DNA of 63,044 nucleotides, filler included, from Octopus bimaculoides (GCF_001194135.2; 4 parts of 4 records of this genome joined end to end with filler, not necessarily neighbours in it); one strand, 5' to 3'. Shown: positions 1-13,611, counted from the first letter of the whole stretch. Notes: a model not told the origin generated them from the sequence alone. Translations and numbers: made by a program.

Positions 1-220
1 CGAAATGGTGTCTTTTATGTGCCACCCGCACAAGCCAGTCCAGGGGCACTGGCAACGATCTCGCTCGATATATATATATATATATATATATATCATCAAT
101 GTCTGCTTTTCATGCTGGCATGGGCTGGACAGCTTGACTGAGGACTGGCGAGCCACAAGGCTGCACCAGACTCCAATCTTATCTGGCAAAGTTTCTACAG
201 CTGGATGCCAACGCCAACCA
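1..220 (-). mobile_element. RTE-type 3' tail fragments separated by (TA)n
   Basis: Bases 1-31 match 10547-10577 and 1-64 match the reverse complement near 30320-30390. Bases 92-220 match the common (CAT)n-tttaacgtccgctttccatgct tail. Confidence 0.7.
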
Positions 221-420
221 TATATATTTCTCTTATTCCTTTCTGTTGAAGAGCATAGGCTCAAAACATAAAGCCTTTCTCATTTTCCCAAGCATCAAAC
301 TAATACGCCTGCTTGTTGTTCATACACCTGTCTTTGTCTTTTGTTTTTCTATAAATTTTAACTATATATATTTATATATATACATATTCATTCTTTTATG
401 CATTATATATATATATGCAT

Positions 421-485
421 AAGCATGGCTGTGTGGTAAAGATGCTTGCTTCCAACCTACATGGATTCAGGTTCAGTTTCACTGT
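421..485 (+). mobile_element. Family A SINE, tRNA-like head fragment
   Basis: tggctgtgtggt (A-box-like) and ggttcagtttc (B-box-like), matching fuller copies in the window. Confidence 0.55.
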
Positions 486-1224
486 ATATATGTACATACA
501 TACATAAATAGCTCATTACATTATCAATATGACAATCTTTAGAAAACAAATGAAGACAACTTCTGAGCTTTAACTTTGTCTGAACTACATCCTTAGCTTC
601 CATATCATTCCTACACAGACAGACACATATATATATTTATGCTTGAGATAATCGGAAACGCAAACATTACGCTATAAAGTTGGAACTGAATAGAATAGAT
701 AAATAGCTAAAATTGCCAAACCATTTGTTCAATCAAGAATTCATGAAATCAGAGATATTTTTAGGAACTATTATAATCAGATTGAATTAAACTTATTTCT
801 CTTCCATCTCCATCACCATCATCATCATCATCATCATCGTCATCATCATCATCATAATCTTCCTCTTCTTCTTCTCCTTCTTCTTCGCCTGAGGAAGCAA
901 CTGTGTCATCATCATCATCATCATTTTTTTCTACATCCAAATCATTTCTTATTGAGAGTTACTGCCTGCTCCCAGAGACAGACTCATATACATTTATGCT
1001 CCTCTATACAGACAGACACTTATACATTTCTGCCCATATGAGTGACTTGGTTTGGTTTCTGTGACTGGATACCATTCCTACAGCCAGCTATTTCACAGAG
1101 TGTACTAGGTGAATTTTCTCATGATGCCAACACAAAAGAGATTGAATAGTCCTCAGTGAAGCAAATCACAGGCCACTTGTACTTCTGCTTAGTCTCAGCT
1201 TATACGCCCACCCATTTACAGTAA

Positions 1225-1640
1225 GTAAGACCTCCTTTGGTCATGAATGATCATGGGATTGAACTTATAATCGGAAACGCAAACATTACGTTCTAAATTT
1301 GGAACTGAATAGAATAGATAAGTAGCTAAAATTGCCACTTAGAAAGTCCCCCTCCAAGGTACAAGTTTGGGCAAGGTTGTTTATGGAAGACCAGCAGTTA
1401 CCCATGCATACCAGCCTCCCCTTTCTATGCCATTAACGTTATCCAAGGGAAAGGCAAAGGCCAATACAGCTTGGCACCAGTGGCATCACAACTCATTTCT
1501 ACAGCTGAGTGAACTGGAGCAATGGGAAATGAAGTGTCTTGCTCAAGAACACAACACACAGCCTACCTCATCTGGGGAATAAAACTCACTACCTCATGAT
1601 TGTAAACCCAACGCTCTAACCAGAGACATGTACTTTCACA
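1225..1640 (-). mobile_element. Family E tRNA/CORE-like SINE
   Basis: The reverse complement has a tRNA-like head followed by gtgttcttgagcaagacacttcatttc (CORE-like). Same family as 42199-42410. Confidence 0.6.
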
Positions 1641-2454
1641 ATGAGTACTGGGTGCCTTTTACAAGGCTGTCTTGCTCACCAATCACTGTAATGGGAGTAA
1701 GAGTGAAAATGATCATGGAGCCAGCACTGAATAACCTTTGGCATGTATGTTTGCTGAAGCAAGTGGAGAGGAGAGGAAGGGAGAGAGCAAAGACATCAGA
1801 GGGATTAGAATGGATGTGTGGTGGAAGGAGTGTACTATTTCCCCAAAAAATGTTCTATTGCCAGAGTTATTTCTATTCCATAACAACCATTTTGTACGCA
1901 CCTGTGTATGCATGCATGTCTGTATGTGTATTATGAATATATATATATATATATATATATAAGAAGAAACTGAAAAATGAAGATGAACATGATAAGCTGT
2001 AAACTCAGTCTATCCCTGATTAGCAGCTTTTTTTTACTTATCAGAAGAAATCTGGTCCTGGAATGATGGTCCGAAACTATTGGACAGGACTGTCTGCTAC
2101 AAGACTCTACATCTGTAGCTCAAACCAATCCATATTACAACTACAGACAAAGAAAGANNNNNNNNNNNNNNNNNNNNNNNNNNNNNNNNNNNNNNNNNNN
2201 NNNNNNNNNNNNNNNNNNNNNNNNNNNNNNNNNNNNNNNNNNNNNNNNNNNNNNNNNNNNNNNNNNNNNNNNNNNNNNNNNNNNNNNNNNNNNNNNNNNN
2301 NNNNNNNNNNNNNNNNNNNNNNNNNNNNNNNNNNNNNNNNNNNNNNNNNNNNNNNNNNNNNNNNNNNNNNNNNNNNNNNNNNNNNNNNNNNNNNNNNNNN
2401 NNNNNNNNNNNNNNNNNNNNNNNNNNNNNNNNNNNNNNNNNNNNNNNNNNNNNN

Positions 2455-2506
<52 letters not shown>

Positions 2507-2875
2507 TAATACACACACAGACATGCATATATATGTATGCATGTATGTATATATAAGTGCATTCACACACACACATATATTTATCGCAGTGCACCAACAG
2601 TGGCATATCTCAATGACTGCTGAAGCCAATAAAGGCATGCATACATATGTATCTGCATGTGCCAGATGAAAGGCAAACAGGATTTTATATGTATATGGAT
2701 CAGGAGGTTTTATGCAATCAACCTTAAGGTTAACTGTTCTTATCAATAGATTATACAAACTTTTAACACAAACACCATACACACTTCTAAGGTAAGGCTG
2801 TACTGAACAGATTTGTTTTATAGTGTAGAATAAACATATACAAGCACATATATTTACACACACACACGTGTATAT

Positions 2876-2921
<46 letters not shown>

Positions 2922-3800
2922 NNNNNNNNNNNNNNNNNNNNNNNNNNNNNNNNNNNNNNNNNNNNNNNNNNNNNNNNNNNNNNNNNNNNNNNNNNNNNNN
3001 NNNNNNNNNNNNNNNNNNNNNNNNNNNNNNNNNNNNNNNNNNNNNNNNNNNNNNNNNNNNNNNNNNNNNNNNNNNNNNNNNNNNNNNNNNNNNNNNNNNN
3101 NNNNNNNNNNNNNNNNNNNNNNNNNNNNNNNNNNNNNNNNNNNNNNNNNNNNNNNNNNNNNNNNNNNNNNNNNNNNNNNNNNNNNNNNNNNNNNNNNNNN
3201 NNNNNNNNNNNNNNNNNNNNNNNNNNNNNNNNNNNNNNNNNNNNNNNNNNNNNNNNNNNNNNNNNNNNNNNNNNNNNNNNNNNNNNNNNNNNNNNNNNNN
3301 NNNNNNNNNNNNNNNNNNNNNNNNNNNNNNNNNNNNNNNNNNNNNNNNNNNNNNNNNNNNNNNNNNNNNNNNNNNNNNNNNNNNNNNNNNNNNNNNNNNN
3401 NNNNNNNNNNNNNNNNNNNNNNNNNNNNNNNNNNNNNNNNNNNNNNNNNNNNNNNNNNNNNNNNNNNNNNNNNNNNNNNNNNNNNNNNNNNNNNNNNNNN
3501 NNNNNNNNNNNNNNNNNNNNNNNNNNNNNNNNNNNNNNNNNNNNNNNNNNNNNNNNNNNNNNNNNNNNNNNNNNNNNNNNNNNNNNNNNNNNNNNNNNNN
3601 NNNNNNNNNNNNNNNNNNNNNNNNNNNNNNNNNNNNNNNNNNNNNNNNNNNNNNNNNNNNNNNNNNNNNNNNNNNNNNNNNNNNNNNNNNNNNNNNNNNN
3701 NNNNNNNNNNNNNNNNNNNNNNNNNNNNNNNNNNNNNNNNNNNNNNNNNNNNNNNNNNNNNNNNNNNNNNNNNNNNNNNNNNNNNNNNNNNNNNNNNNNN

Positions 3801-3848
<48 letters not shown>

Positions 3849-3899
3849 ACATACGCATGCACACACACACATGCATGCACATAGGTGCACATACACACA

Positions 3900-4276
3900 A
3901 CTGTGTGGTTAAGAAGCTTGCTTACTAACAAAGTGAATTCAGGTTCAGCCCTACTGTGTGACAACTTAGGCAAGCAGCTTTTACTATAACCTTGGCCTGA
4001 CCAAACACTTGGGAGTGGATTTGGTTGACAGAAGAAAGATGAGGCTCATCACACACACACACATATCTATATATAAATATGTGTGTGTGTGTGTGTGTGT
4101 GTATGTAGGTATGTATAGGCGCAGGAATGGCTGTCTGGTAAGTAGCTTGCTTACCAACCACATGGTTCTGGGTTCAGTCCCACTGTGTGGCACCTTGGGC
4201 AAGTGTCTTCTACTATAGACACGGGCCGACCAAAGCCTTGTGAGTAGATTTGGTAGACAGAAACTGAAAGAATCCT

Positions 4277-4310
<34 letters not shown>

Positions 4311-4477
4311 TGTGGCATCCCCACTACCAACATCACTTGACAACCAATGCTGGTGTGTTTACATCCCAGTAACTTAATGGTTCGGCAAAAGAGATTGATA
4401 GAATAAGTACTAGGCTTCCAAAGAATAAGTCCTGGGGTCGATTTGCTCGACTAAAGGCAGTGCTCCAGCATGGCCAC
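3900..4477 (+). mobile_element. Two adjacent family A (tRNA head + CORE-like) SINE copies
   Basis: Copies start at about 3900 and 4114. Both carry gtggcaccttgggcaagtgtcttct-like and gagtggatttggtagac-like motifs. The second has the internal (TA)n and 3' body and runs into a gap. Confidence 0.8.
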
Positions 4478-5162
4478 NNNNNNNNNNNNNNNNNNNNNNN
4501 NNNNNNNNNNNNNNNNNNNNNNNNNNNNNNNNNNNNNNNNNNNNNNNNNNNNNNNNNNNNNNNNNNNNNNNNNNNNNNNNNNNNNNNNNNNNNNNNNNNN
4601 NNNNNNNNNNNNNNNNNNNNNNNNNNNNNNNNNNNNNNNNNNNNNNNNNNNNNNNNNNNNNNNNNNNNNNNNNNNNNNNNNNNNNNNNNNNNNNNNNNNN
4701 NNNNNNNNNNNNNNNNNNNNNNNNNNNNNNNNNNNNNNNNNNNNNNNNNNNNNNNNNNNNNNNNNNNNNNNNNNNNNNNNNNNNNNNNNNNNNNNNNNNN
4801 NNNNNNNNNNNNNNNNNNNNNNNNNNNNNNNNNNNNNNNNNNNNNNNNNNNNNNNNNNNNNNNNNNNNNNNNNNNNNNNNNNNNNNNNNNNNNNNNNNNN
4901 NNNNNNNNNNNNNNNNNNNNNNNNNNNNNNNNNNNNNNNNNNNNNNNNNNNNNNNNNNNNNNNNNNNNNNNNNNNNNNNNNNNNNNNNNNNNNNNNNNNN
5001 NNNNNNNNNNNNNNNNNNNNNNNNNNNNNNNNNNNNNNNNNNNNNNNNNNNNNNNNNNNNNNNNNATATATATATATATATATATACATATATATACACA
5101 CATACACATACATATACATATATATCTCTTGCTATGTATATATGTATGCATGTGTGTGTACG

Positions 5163-5195
<33 letters not shown>

Positions 5196-5312
5196 GCATA
5201 CATGCATACATATATACATAGCAATAGAGACAGAGACAGAAAGAAAGAGAGACACACAACATATATATAAACAGAGAGAGACAGACAAAACATACATAAA
5301 CTTAGAGAGAAA

Positions 5313-5343
<31 letters not shown>

Positions 5344-5994
5344 GAGAAGAGAAGAGAAGAAAGAAAGAGCTGGCTAAGCAGGCAGATATGTGAAAGCTGT
5401 TAAACAGAAAGATAAAAGAGAATATGCAATCAAAAGGATGGTAAGAGGGAAATGAGATGGACATTTAAACCTTGAGCTTTCATTCAACTAATAGAGTTAC
5501 ATGTGTTGCCTGAATTTATATAAAAATTATCACTTCCAGTGTAAATTGTTAGTCGTGTTTGCACTACCAAATGTAACCTGCCAGCAAAATCCAATACTGA
5601 GAGGTTTGAACAAATAATGATGTCTCTTTGATGCCTAGATTTGGTTGATTGAAATGCTACAATGTTGAGGGGAAAACTGAAATTGGTTTGAATGCTAAAG
5701 TAACAGTAAAATTGGTCTCGATGCTAAATGGTTTGAATGCTAAATCATTCTGGTTTAAGTAAATGTGAATAATGAAGTGTTAAAACGAAATGAGGAAGAC
5801 CTTGTATTTTTTATGAAGTTACACTGAATTTTATTACCCCGTGATCACCGTCATCGTTGTCTTCATTTAACGTCCGTTTTCCATGCTGGCATGGGTTAGA
5901 CGGCTTGTTGAAAATATATTTCATCTGGATTTGATGAAGCTTATGGCTTAGCTTTTTTATTAAGTAGACCAATTTGCAATGGCATAGATATAAA

Positions 5995-6027
<33 letters not shown>

Positions 6028-6379
6028 CACCACCATCACCACCGCTACTACTACTACTACTACTACAACATCATCATCATCATTCAACTTCCTTTTCCAT
6101 GCTGGCATGGGTTGGGCAATTTCATAGGATTGAGCAAGTTACAGGGTCATGTCAAATCTCAGTGTCATCTTTGGTATGGTTCCAATGGCCAGATGCCTTT
6201 CCTAACTCCAACAACTTTATAGTGTGCCCTGGGTGCTTTTCTTCATACCACCAGAACTGGTGAGGTTGCCAGGTGGGTTACAAGACAAGAAAAGAGCAGA
6301 AACAGAGAAAAAAGAAAAATCTGCCTTGACTATTTGAAAGAGAAGGAATGGTGGATCAATGCCAGGTGTTGAGCGGCTA

Positions 6380-6418
<39 letters not shown>

Positions 6419-7144
6419 GATTATGTTACATATACATAAACATATATGTATTTAAGATGTTAAATCAATGATTATGATGATGGCGATACTCACACTCTCT
6501 CTCTCACACACACACAAGAAGTTTTTTCCATGCTTTAACAAATCTGATAATGAAAAAATGCTTTCAAAAGTTATAATCTGCTGTGTTGTTGCTGTTGTTG
6601 ATCGGCGGCAGTGGCGGCGTCATCGTCGTCCGGTGTCGTCATCATCATCCTTTAATGTCCATTTTCCATGTTAGCATGGGTTAGTCAGTTTGACCAGAGC
6701 TGGCAAGCTAGACATATATCCTCATCATCATCATTGTCGTCATCTAGTGTCTGCTTTCCATGCTGCCGTGGGTTCAATGGAACTGTTAAGCCAGAGGGCT
6801 ACACCAGGTTCCAGTCTGATTTCACTTGGTTTCTTATGGCTGGATACCCCTCCTAATGCCAACCACTCCAACAGTGCAGTGGGTGCTTTCACATGTCACC
6901 AGCACAGGTGCCCTTAATGTGTCTCCAGCACAGGTGGCTTCTATGTGTTACTGGCACTGGCCACAACTATGATTCCACACATCTTGACAAGTATTTTCAA
7001 AAACAGCAAATTGCTAAAGGTCTCAATCACTTGTCATTGCCTCCATGAGACCCAACATTTGAAGCTCATGCTTCACAACTTCGTCCTATGTCTTCTTTGG
7101 TCTACCTCCTCAACAGATTCCCTCCACAGACACATATATATATT

Positions 7145-7530
7145 GTTTTATTTATTTCAGTCATTTAACTGTGGCCATGCTGGACTACCGGCTTTAGTCA
7201 AAGAAATCAACCCCAGGACTTATTCTTTGCAAGCCTACTACTTATTCTATTGTTCTCTTTTGCTGAACCGCTAAGTTACAGTGATGTAAACACACCAACA
7301 CTGGTTGTCAAGCGATGGTGGAGCAAACACAGACACACACACAAACAGTTGTCAAGCAATGGGGGGAGGGGGAACACAGACACACAAACACATATATATG
7401 AAGGGCTTCTTTCAGTTTCCATCTACCAAATCCACTCACAAGGCTTTGGCTGGCCTGAGGCTATAATAGAAGTCACCCTCCCAAGGTGCCACACAGTGGG
7501 ACTGAACCCAGAACCATGTGGCTACAAAGT
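7145..7530 (-). mobile_element. Family A SINE
   Basis: Reverse-complement match to 27398-27806. Confidence 0.75.
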
Positions 7531-7586
7531 CAGCAATCTAGCTAACTTTTTTTACCACTGCAGATATAAAAACAGAGGCAGTGATG

Positions 7587-9240
7587 ATTGATTACATCAA
7601 TATAAAAGAAGGCGATGTAATAAGGCCTATAGATAAAATGAACCTGAACTCTTCTACTAGCCCTGATGGATTCCCAGCAATCCTTCTAAAAGCATGTCAG
7701 TGAGTCCTAGCAAGACCACTGCAGTTCTTATTTCAGAACTTTTTCGCAACTGGAAAACTTCCAGTCAAGCTGAAGCAGGGTAAAATATATCCTATTCATA
7801 AAGGAGGTTCCAGAGCAGAGGCCAAAAACTACTATCTCTCTGATCTCGCACATCAAGCAAAGTCATGGAACAAATAGTCAGAAGAAAACTAATCACCTTC
7901 CTTGAGGAAAATGAGTTGCTGACTGACACCCAACATGGTTTCTGACCAGGAAGAAGCTGCCTGACTCAGCTTGTATAATACAATGACTGGATGTTGAAAC
8001 AGCTGCTCGACCACTCAAATGTGGAAGTGATATATCTCGACTTTGCGAAAGGCCTTTGATAAAGTCTATCATGAAATGATATGTCACAAACTGTGTAATC
8101 TCAGCATTGTCGGGAAATTGGGAGAATGGCAGCGTGACTTTCTGAAGGATAGTAGTCAGGTTGTAGTAGCCAATAGGGCCACCTCCAATGACAGACAAAT
8201 AGTGAGCGGTGTTCTGCAAGGCACTATTTTGAGACCACTACTGTTCATGATAGCCCTGTCAGACATGTCCTCAGCCACACAGAGAGCCACGATCACCAGT
8301 TACGCAGATGACACAAAAGTTTCAAAGGTGATACAGAACCCTAAAGACACTATGCACCTACAATGTGAGTTGAATGAAATATACAAGTGCACTGAGAAGA
8401 ATAGCTTGCAGTTTAATGCGGAAAAGTTTCAAGCCTTGTGCTATCAGCATGCAAAACTAAATGCAATACCAATTAAATACACTGGACTTGGAGGGATTGC
8501 AATCCCAGAGACACAGTCAGTGCGAGACCTCGGCATCTAAATGAGTAATGATGCATCCTTCTTTGTGCATGTTGCTAAGTTGGCAATGAAATGCAGGCGT
8601 CTGACTGGATGGATTCTTAGAACTTTTAGAACAAGAGATCAGGAAACAAAGAGGGTCTTCTGTAGGACACTTGTCTTAAGCCACTTTGACTATTGCTCCC
8701 ACCTATGGTCACTAACCAGTGTCAAATTAATTGCAGAACTTGAGGCAATCCAACGAAGCTACACGAAGAAGATAGCCTCTGTGCAGCATATAAACTACTG
8801 GGAAAGACTCAAGAGATTAAGACTCTATTCCTTAGTGAGAAAGATATGCCATAATATACATCTGGAAAATCCTAGAGGGACTTGTCCCAAACTTTGGCAA
8901 TGAGAGTTACACAAATGCGAGAACAGAGCACCACTGCATAGTGCCAAGGACTCCAAATTTGCCATCAAGATATAGAACAAGATATTGCAACAGCCTGGGC
9001 TCCTCAATATCCTCCTGAAGGACTTGAGAGACCTACATGGGGTGGATGAAGGTGATTTCAAAATGAAACTGGACCTCTTACTGTCAAGTGTCTCAGATGA
9101 ACCAACTTCACAGCAGGAAGTGCAGATGAGGGCAGTGGCATCAAACTCCCTCATGCACCAAGTGTCAATTTCTAAAAAGAATTAGTGAAGTAAAATTATG
9201 GCCACAGCTCATGAGCTGAAACTGGATCAAATCAAATAAA
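7587..9240 (+). mobile_element. Degenerate 5'-truncated CR1/L2-group (Jockey superfamily) LINE, ORF2 RT domain to 3' end
   Basis: Translations give SPDGFPAILLK, QHGF*PGRSCLTQL, YLDFAKAFDKV, GVLQGTILRPLLF, YADDTK, HFDYCSHLW, YWERLKRLRLYSL and KMKLDLLLSSVSDEP, with several stops and frameshifts. Confidence 0.9.
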
Positions 9241-9555
9241 AAAAAACAAATCATATGGGGATATTNNNNNNNNNNNNNNNNNNNNNNNNNNNNNNNNNNN
9301 NNNNNNNNNNNNNNNNNNNNNNNNNNNNNNNNNNNNNNNNNNNNNNNNNNNNNNNNNNNNNNNNNNNNNNNNNNNNNNNNNNNNNNNNNNNNNNNNNNNN
9401 NNNNNNNNNNNNNNNNNNNNNNNNNNNNNNNNNNNNNNNNNNNNNNNTATATATATATATGTATATATATTTATTTATTTATATATGGGTTTCAGCCAAG
9501 TAGCTGTGGTCATGCTGGAGCACCACCGTGATTTTCCGTCTTTATGGTGTATATA

Positions 9556-9610
<55 letters not shown>

Positions 9611-10166
9611 TATGTATGTATGTGTACATGTACATATGTATGTATGCATGTATACATGTATGTATGTATGTATGTATGTATATATATAAATATATTTCTA
9701 CATACACACACATACATCCATATACACATACAGATGTCATGAAAATGTAGTGCTATAAATATACACACAAACACACATACAGGTCACAATCCTTATCACA
9801 AAGGCAGATATGAAAATACAGTGCTAAATATTGTGTAGCCATCTTGACAAAAATATATTTCTTTTTTAAGGAAAGAAATTAATAAATCTATTACAGTATA
9901 ATATTTTTCTCTAATTTCTTTCAAACAGGAAATCATAGGAGATTTGAAAAAATATATTTTTTTACAAATCAAAGTAACAGTTTTGTAGTTTCAGAGAGCC
10001 AGCAGCCAAATGATGTAGAAGATAAACAGATGCAAATTCTCTATGACATACTTTCATTATAATCCATCATATATACACAAGCTGTTGAGAGACTAATACA
10101 CCTATAAACTAAATCTATGCTAATATACATACAAGATGCCTAAAAATAAATAAATAAATAAAATAA

Positions 10167-10210
<44 letters not shown>

Positions 10211-10345
10211 ATATATATATATGTATCTATATATGTATATTTATATATACACACACACATATATATTATCATAAGCATACACATTCACAAACATGTGCAT
10301 ATCATATACATAAGCTGTCTTGACAGAATAATAGGCATCATCATC

Positions 10346-11794
10346 ATCATCATCATTGTTTAACGTCCGCTTTCCATGCTAGCATGGGTTGGACGATTTG
10401 ACTGAGGACTGGTGAAACCGGATGGCAACACCAGGCTCCAGTCTGATTTGGCAGAGTTTCTACAGCTGGATGCCCTTCCTAACGCCAACCACTCAGAGAG
10501 TGTAGTGGGTGCTTTTACGTGTCACCCGCACGAAAACGGCCACGCTCGAAATGGTGTCTTTTATGTGCCACCCGCACNNNNNNNNNNNNNNNNNNNNNNN
10601 NNNNNNNNNNNNNNNNNNNNNNNNNNNNNNNNNNNNNNNNNNNNNNNNNNNNNNNNNNNNNNNNNNNNNNNNNNNNNNNNNNNNNNNNNNNNNNNNNNNN
10701 NNNNNNNNNNNNNNNNNNNNNNNNNNNNNNNNNNNNNNNNNNNNNNNNNNNNNNNNNNNNNNNNNNNNNNNNNNNNNNNNNNNNNNNNNNNNNNNNNNNN
10801 NNNNNNNNNNNNNNNNNNNNNNNNNNNNNNNNNNNNNNNNNNNNNNNNNNNNNNNNNNNNNNNNNNNNNNNNNNNNNNNNNNNNNNNNNNNNNNNNNNNN
10901 NNNNNNNNNNNNNNNNNNNNNNNNNNNNNNNNNNNNNNNNNNNNNNNNNNNNNNNNNNNNNNNNNNNNNNNNNNNNNNNNNNNNNNNNNNNNNNNNNNNN
11001 NNNNNNNNNNNNNNNNNNNNNNNNNNNNNNNNNNNNNNNNNNNNNNNNNNNNNNNNNNNNNNNNNNNNNNNNNNNNNNNNNNNNNNNNNNNNNNNNNNNN
11101 NNNNNNNNNNNNNNNNNNNNNNNNNNNNNNNNNNNNNNNNNNNNNNNNNNNNNNNNNNNNNNNNNNNNNNNNNNNNNNNNNNNNNNNNNNNNNNNNNNNN
11201 NNNNNNNNNNNNNNNNNNNNNNNNNNNNNNNNNNNNNNNNNNNNNNNNNNNNNNNNNNNNNNNNNNNNNNNNNNNNNNNNNNNNNNNNNNNNNNNNNNNN
11301 NNNNNNNNNNNNNNNNNNNNNNNNNNNNNNNNNNNNNNNNNNNNNNNNNNNNNNNNNNNNNNNNNNNNNNNNNNNNNNNNNNNNNNNNNNNNNNNNNNNN
11401 NNNNNNNNNNNNNNNNNNNNNNNNNNNNNNNNNNNNNNNNNNNNNNNNNNNNNNNNNNNNNNNNNNNNNNTTTAGCTAGGTTGACTCTAAGGCCCTTCAA
11501 TTCTAGACCTTGCTTCCACACCTGAAACTTCTCCTCTAGTTCTGATAGTGACTCCGCAATTAGGGCAAGGTCATCAGCATAGAGGAGCTCCCAGGGGCAA
11601 CCTGTCTTGAACTCCTCTGTGATTGCCTGGAGGACTATGGTAAATAAGAGGGGGCTGAGGACGGAACCTTGGTGGACCCCTACCTCTACCCGGAATTCAT
11701 TGCTGTACTCATTTCCAACCCTCACCTTACTGGCAGCATCTCTGTACATGGCTCGCACAGCTCTCACTAACCATTCTTCTATCCCAAGTTTCCT
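10346..11794 (-). mobile_element. 5'-truncated RTE-clade LINE: uninterrupted RT segment (11471-11794), gap, then 3' region ending in a (GAT)n tail
   Basis: RKLGIEEWLVRAVRAMY...GVHQGSVLSPLLF...WELLYADDLALIAES has no stop up to the gap. The 893-N gap fits the missing ORF2 C-terminus. The tail is ggacgttaaacaatgatgatgatg. Joining the two sides across the gap is inferred. Confidence 0.88.
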
Positions 11795-12797
11795 ATATAT
11801 AAAGTATATCTATATTAATATACATGTGCACAGAAAAGTGTGTATATATGATTTACATTCACAAACACATGTATATGAGATATAGGTACATACACAAAGA
11901 TCTGGATAGAATAATAGACTTATATAAAGTACGTCTATATCAATATACGCATGTATACAGAAGTATGTATGATATAAGCTTTCACATGTGCATGCAAGAA
12001 ACATGCACAAACACAAAAATATATTATATGTGTGAAGGTGGATATGTACAATCTTCATAAAAAGGAATGCATATACAAAATTCTAAAACTGTATGTTATA
12101 TATACCATTATCACCAACACCGCTGCCGCCAACATCATTTTACGGTTTTCTTTTTTTCAGTGCTTGCACAAAAAGAAAAGAAATTTCCAGTATTGCATCT
12201 TGCCAATTGTTAGTATCCTTTGTTGATCTACTTCTTGATGTTGAGCCACCTGAGATCATTCTACACCACATCTTCCTCTCTTCTTTTCTCTCCCTTCATC
12301 CACAAATTCCTTCTACTTAGATTGCTTGGCACTATGTTCTTTTTTTTTTTACTCAACAATCATCCTCCTTTCACATCACATCTCAATACCAATGCAGTCA
12401 TCTCTATTGCACACTACACGTGATTCCTCTTATGCAGTTTTCCTCTCAGCTCATTTGTGCTCCATCTTCTATGTAAAAACTAACATTACATTTCAAGTAG
12501 ATCATGCTCACTTGGTTTCTTTCCAATCTTCACAAATTCTCTGCATTCAAAGCCAATATATTACTGCCATGCAGCATCCCACTTCATACACAAGCATCAT
12601 GCAATCAATATATAAATTATATATTATCAAACCCTGTCAGGCCCAAATATTGTACCTGTATTATGTTCAAACCAGCCAGATTTGGCCTTTTGCACCTACT
12701 CTACAATGTCATTCTAAAAACAAACAATCACATCATTAAAAGCTTGAAGCTACGAGATCATGCAGGGTTAATTCAAAACAATGTAAATAAACAAAGC

Positions 12798-13067
12798 AGT
12801 AGCCAATGGGGCCACCTCAAATGACATGCAAATAGTGAGCAGTGTTCTGCAAGGTACTGTTTTGAGACCACTACTGTTCATAATTTCATAATGTCCCTCT
12901 CAGATATGCCCTCAGCCACACAGAGAGCCACGATCACAAGTTATGCAAAAGTCTCACAGGTGATACAGAACCCTGAAGACACTAAGCATCTGAAATGAGT
13001 CGGATGAAATACACAAGTGGGCTTAGAAGAATAGCATGCAGTTTAATGCTGAAAAGTTTCAAGCCTT
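12798..13067 (+). mobile_element. Internal fragment of the same CR1/L2-group LINE
   Basis: Aligns by eye to about 8165-8436 (gtagccaat.gggccacctc, ttctgcaagg.act, cagagagccacgatcac, gaaaagtttcaagcctt). Confidence 0.85.
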
Positions 13068-13198
13068 ATACTTGAATCACATTGTTAAAATCTTGAAGCT
13101 ACAGATCATGTAGAATTAATTCAAAACAATGGAAATAAACAAGCAATACATTTGTCAGATTAATATGACTGTCAAAGGATTATATATTTTATAATACA

Positions 13199-13611
13199 CT
13201 AGCTGGCTCCATTCCATCAAAAATCATGGCTAATTGTAGTATTTTATATATAAATAAGGTACAAAATAAGGTGCATAATAATCACACATACAAACATTCA
13301 CATACCTCCCTTGTACATGCACACACATACACACATATACTCACACAGAGTTGAAACACTGTTTGATTTTTCTTTTCAGAGTTGAATGTTCACCATCCCA
13401 CCACGCACACACACACACAAACATTCACATGACTCCCTTTTACATACACACATATATTCACGCAGATGATTTTTCTCTTTTCACCGCAGAACTTCCATCG
13501 TTCCACGACCAACTTTGCCATCACCCCTTCCTTCCTTATTCAACTATCACCCCTTCCTTTCTCATTCATATGTTGTGAAGGAGAAATACACAAGAGTATT
13601 ATTATAGTAGA
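13199..13611 (-). mobile_element. Complete non-autonomous Helitron (413 bp)
   Basis: Minus strand reads A|TCTACTATAATAATACTC ... weak subterminal stem ... GCCAGCTAG|T, i.e. 5'-TC, 3'-CTAG, inserted between A and T with no TSD. Segments are shared with 42415-43210. Confidence 0.75.

Noticed and set aside
2063-5339. Long ORFs (up to 610 aa) here and at 10412-11525, 22727-23393, 43148-43758, 44698-45294, 51128-51815 and 58047-58578
   Set aside because: They are open only because of N runs and (TA)/(CA) repeats.
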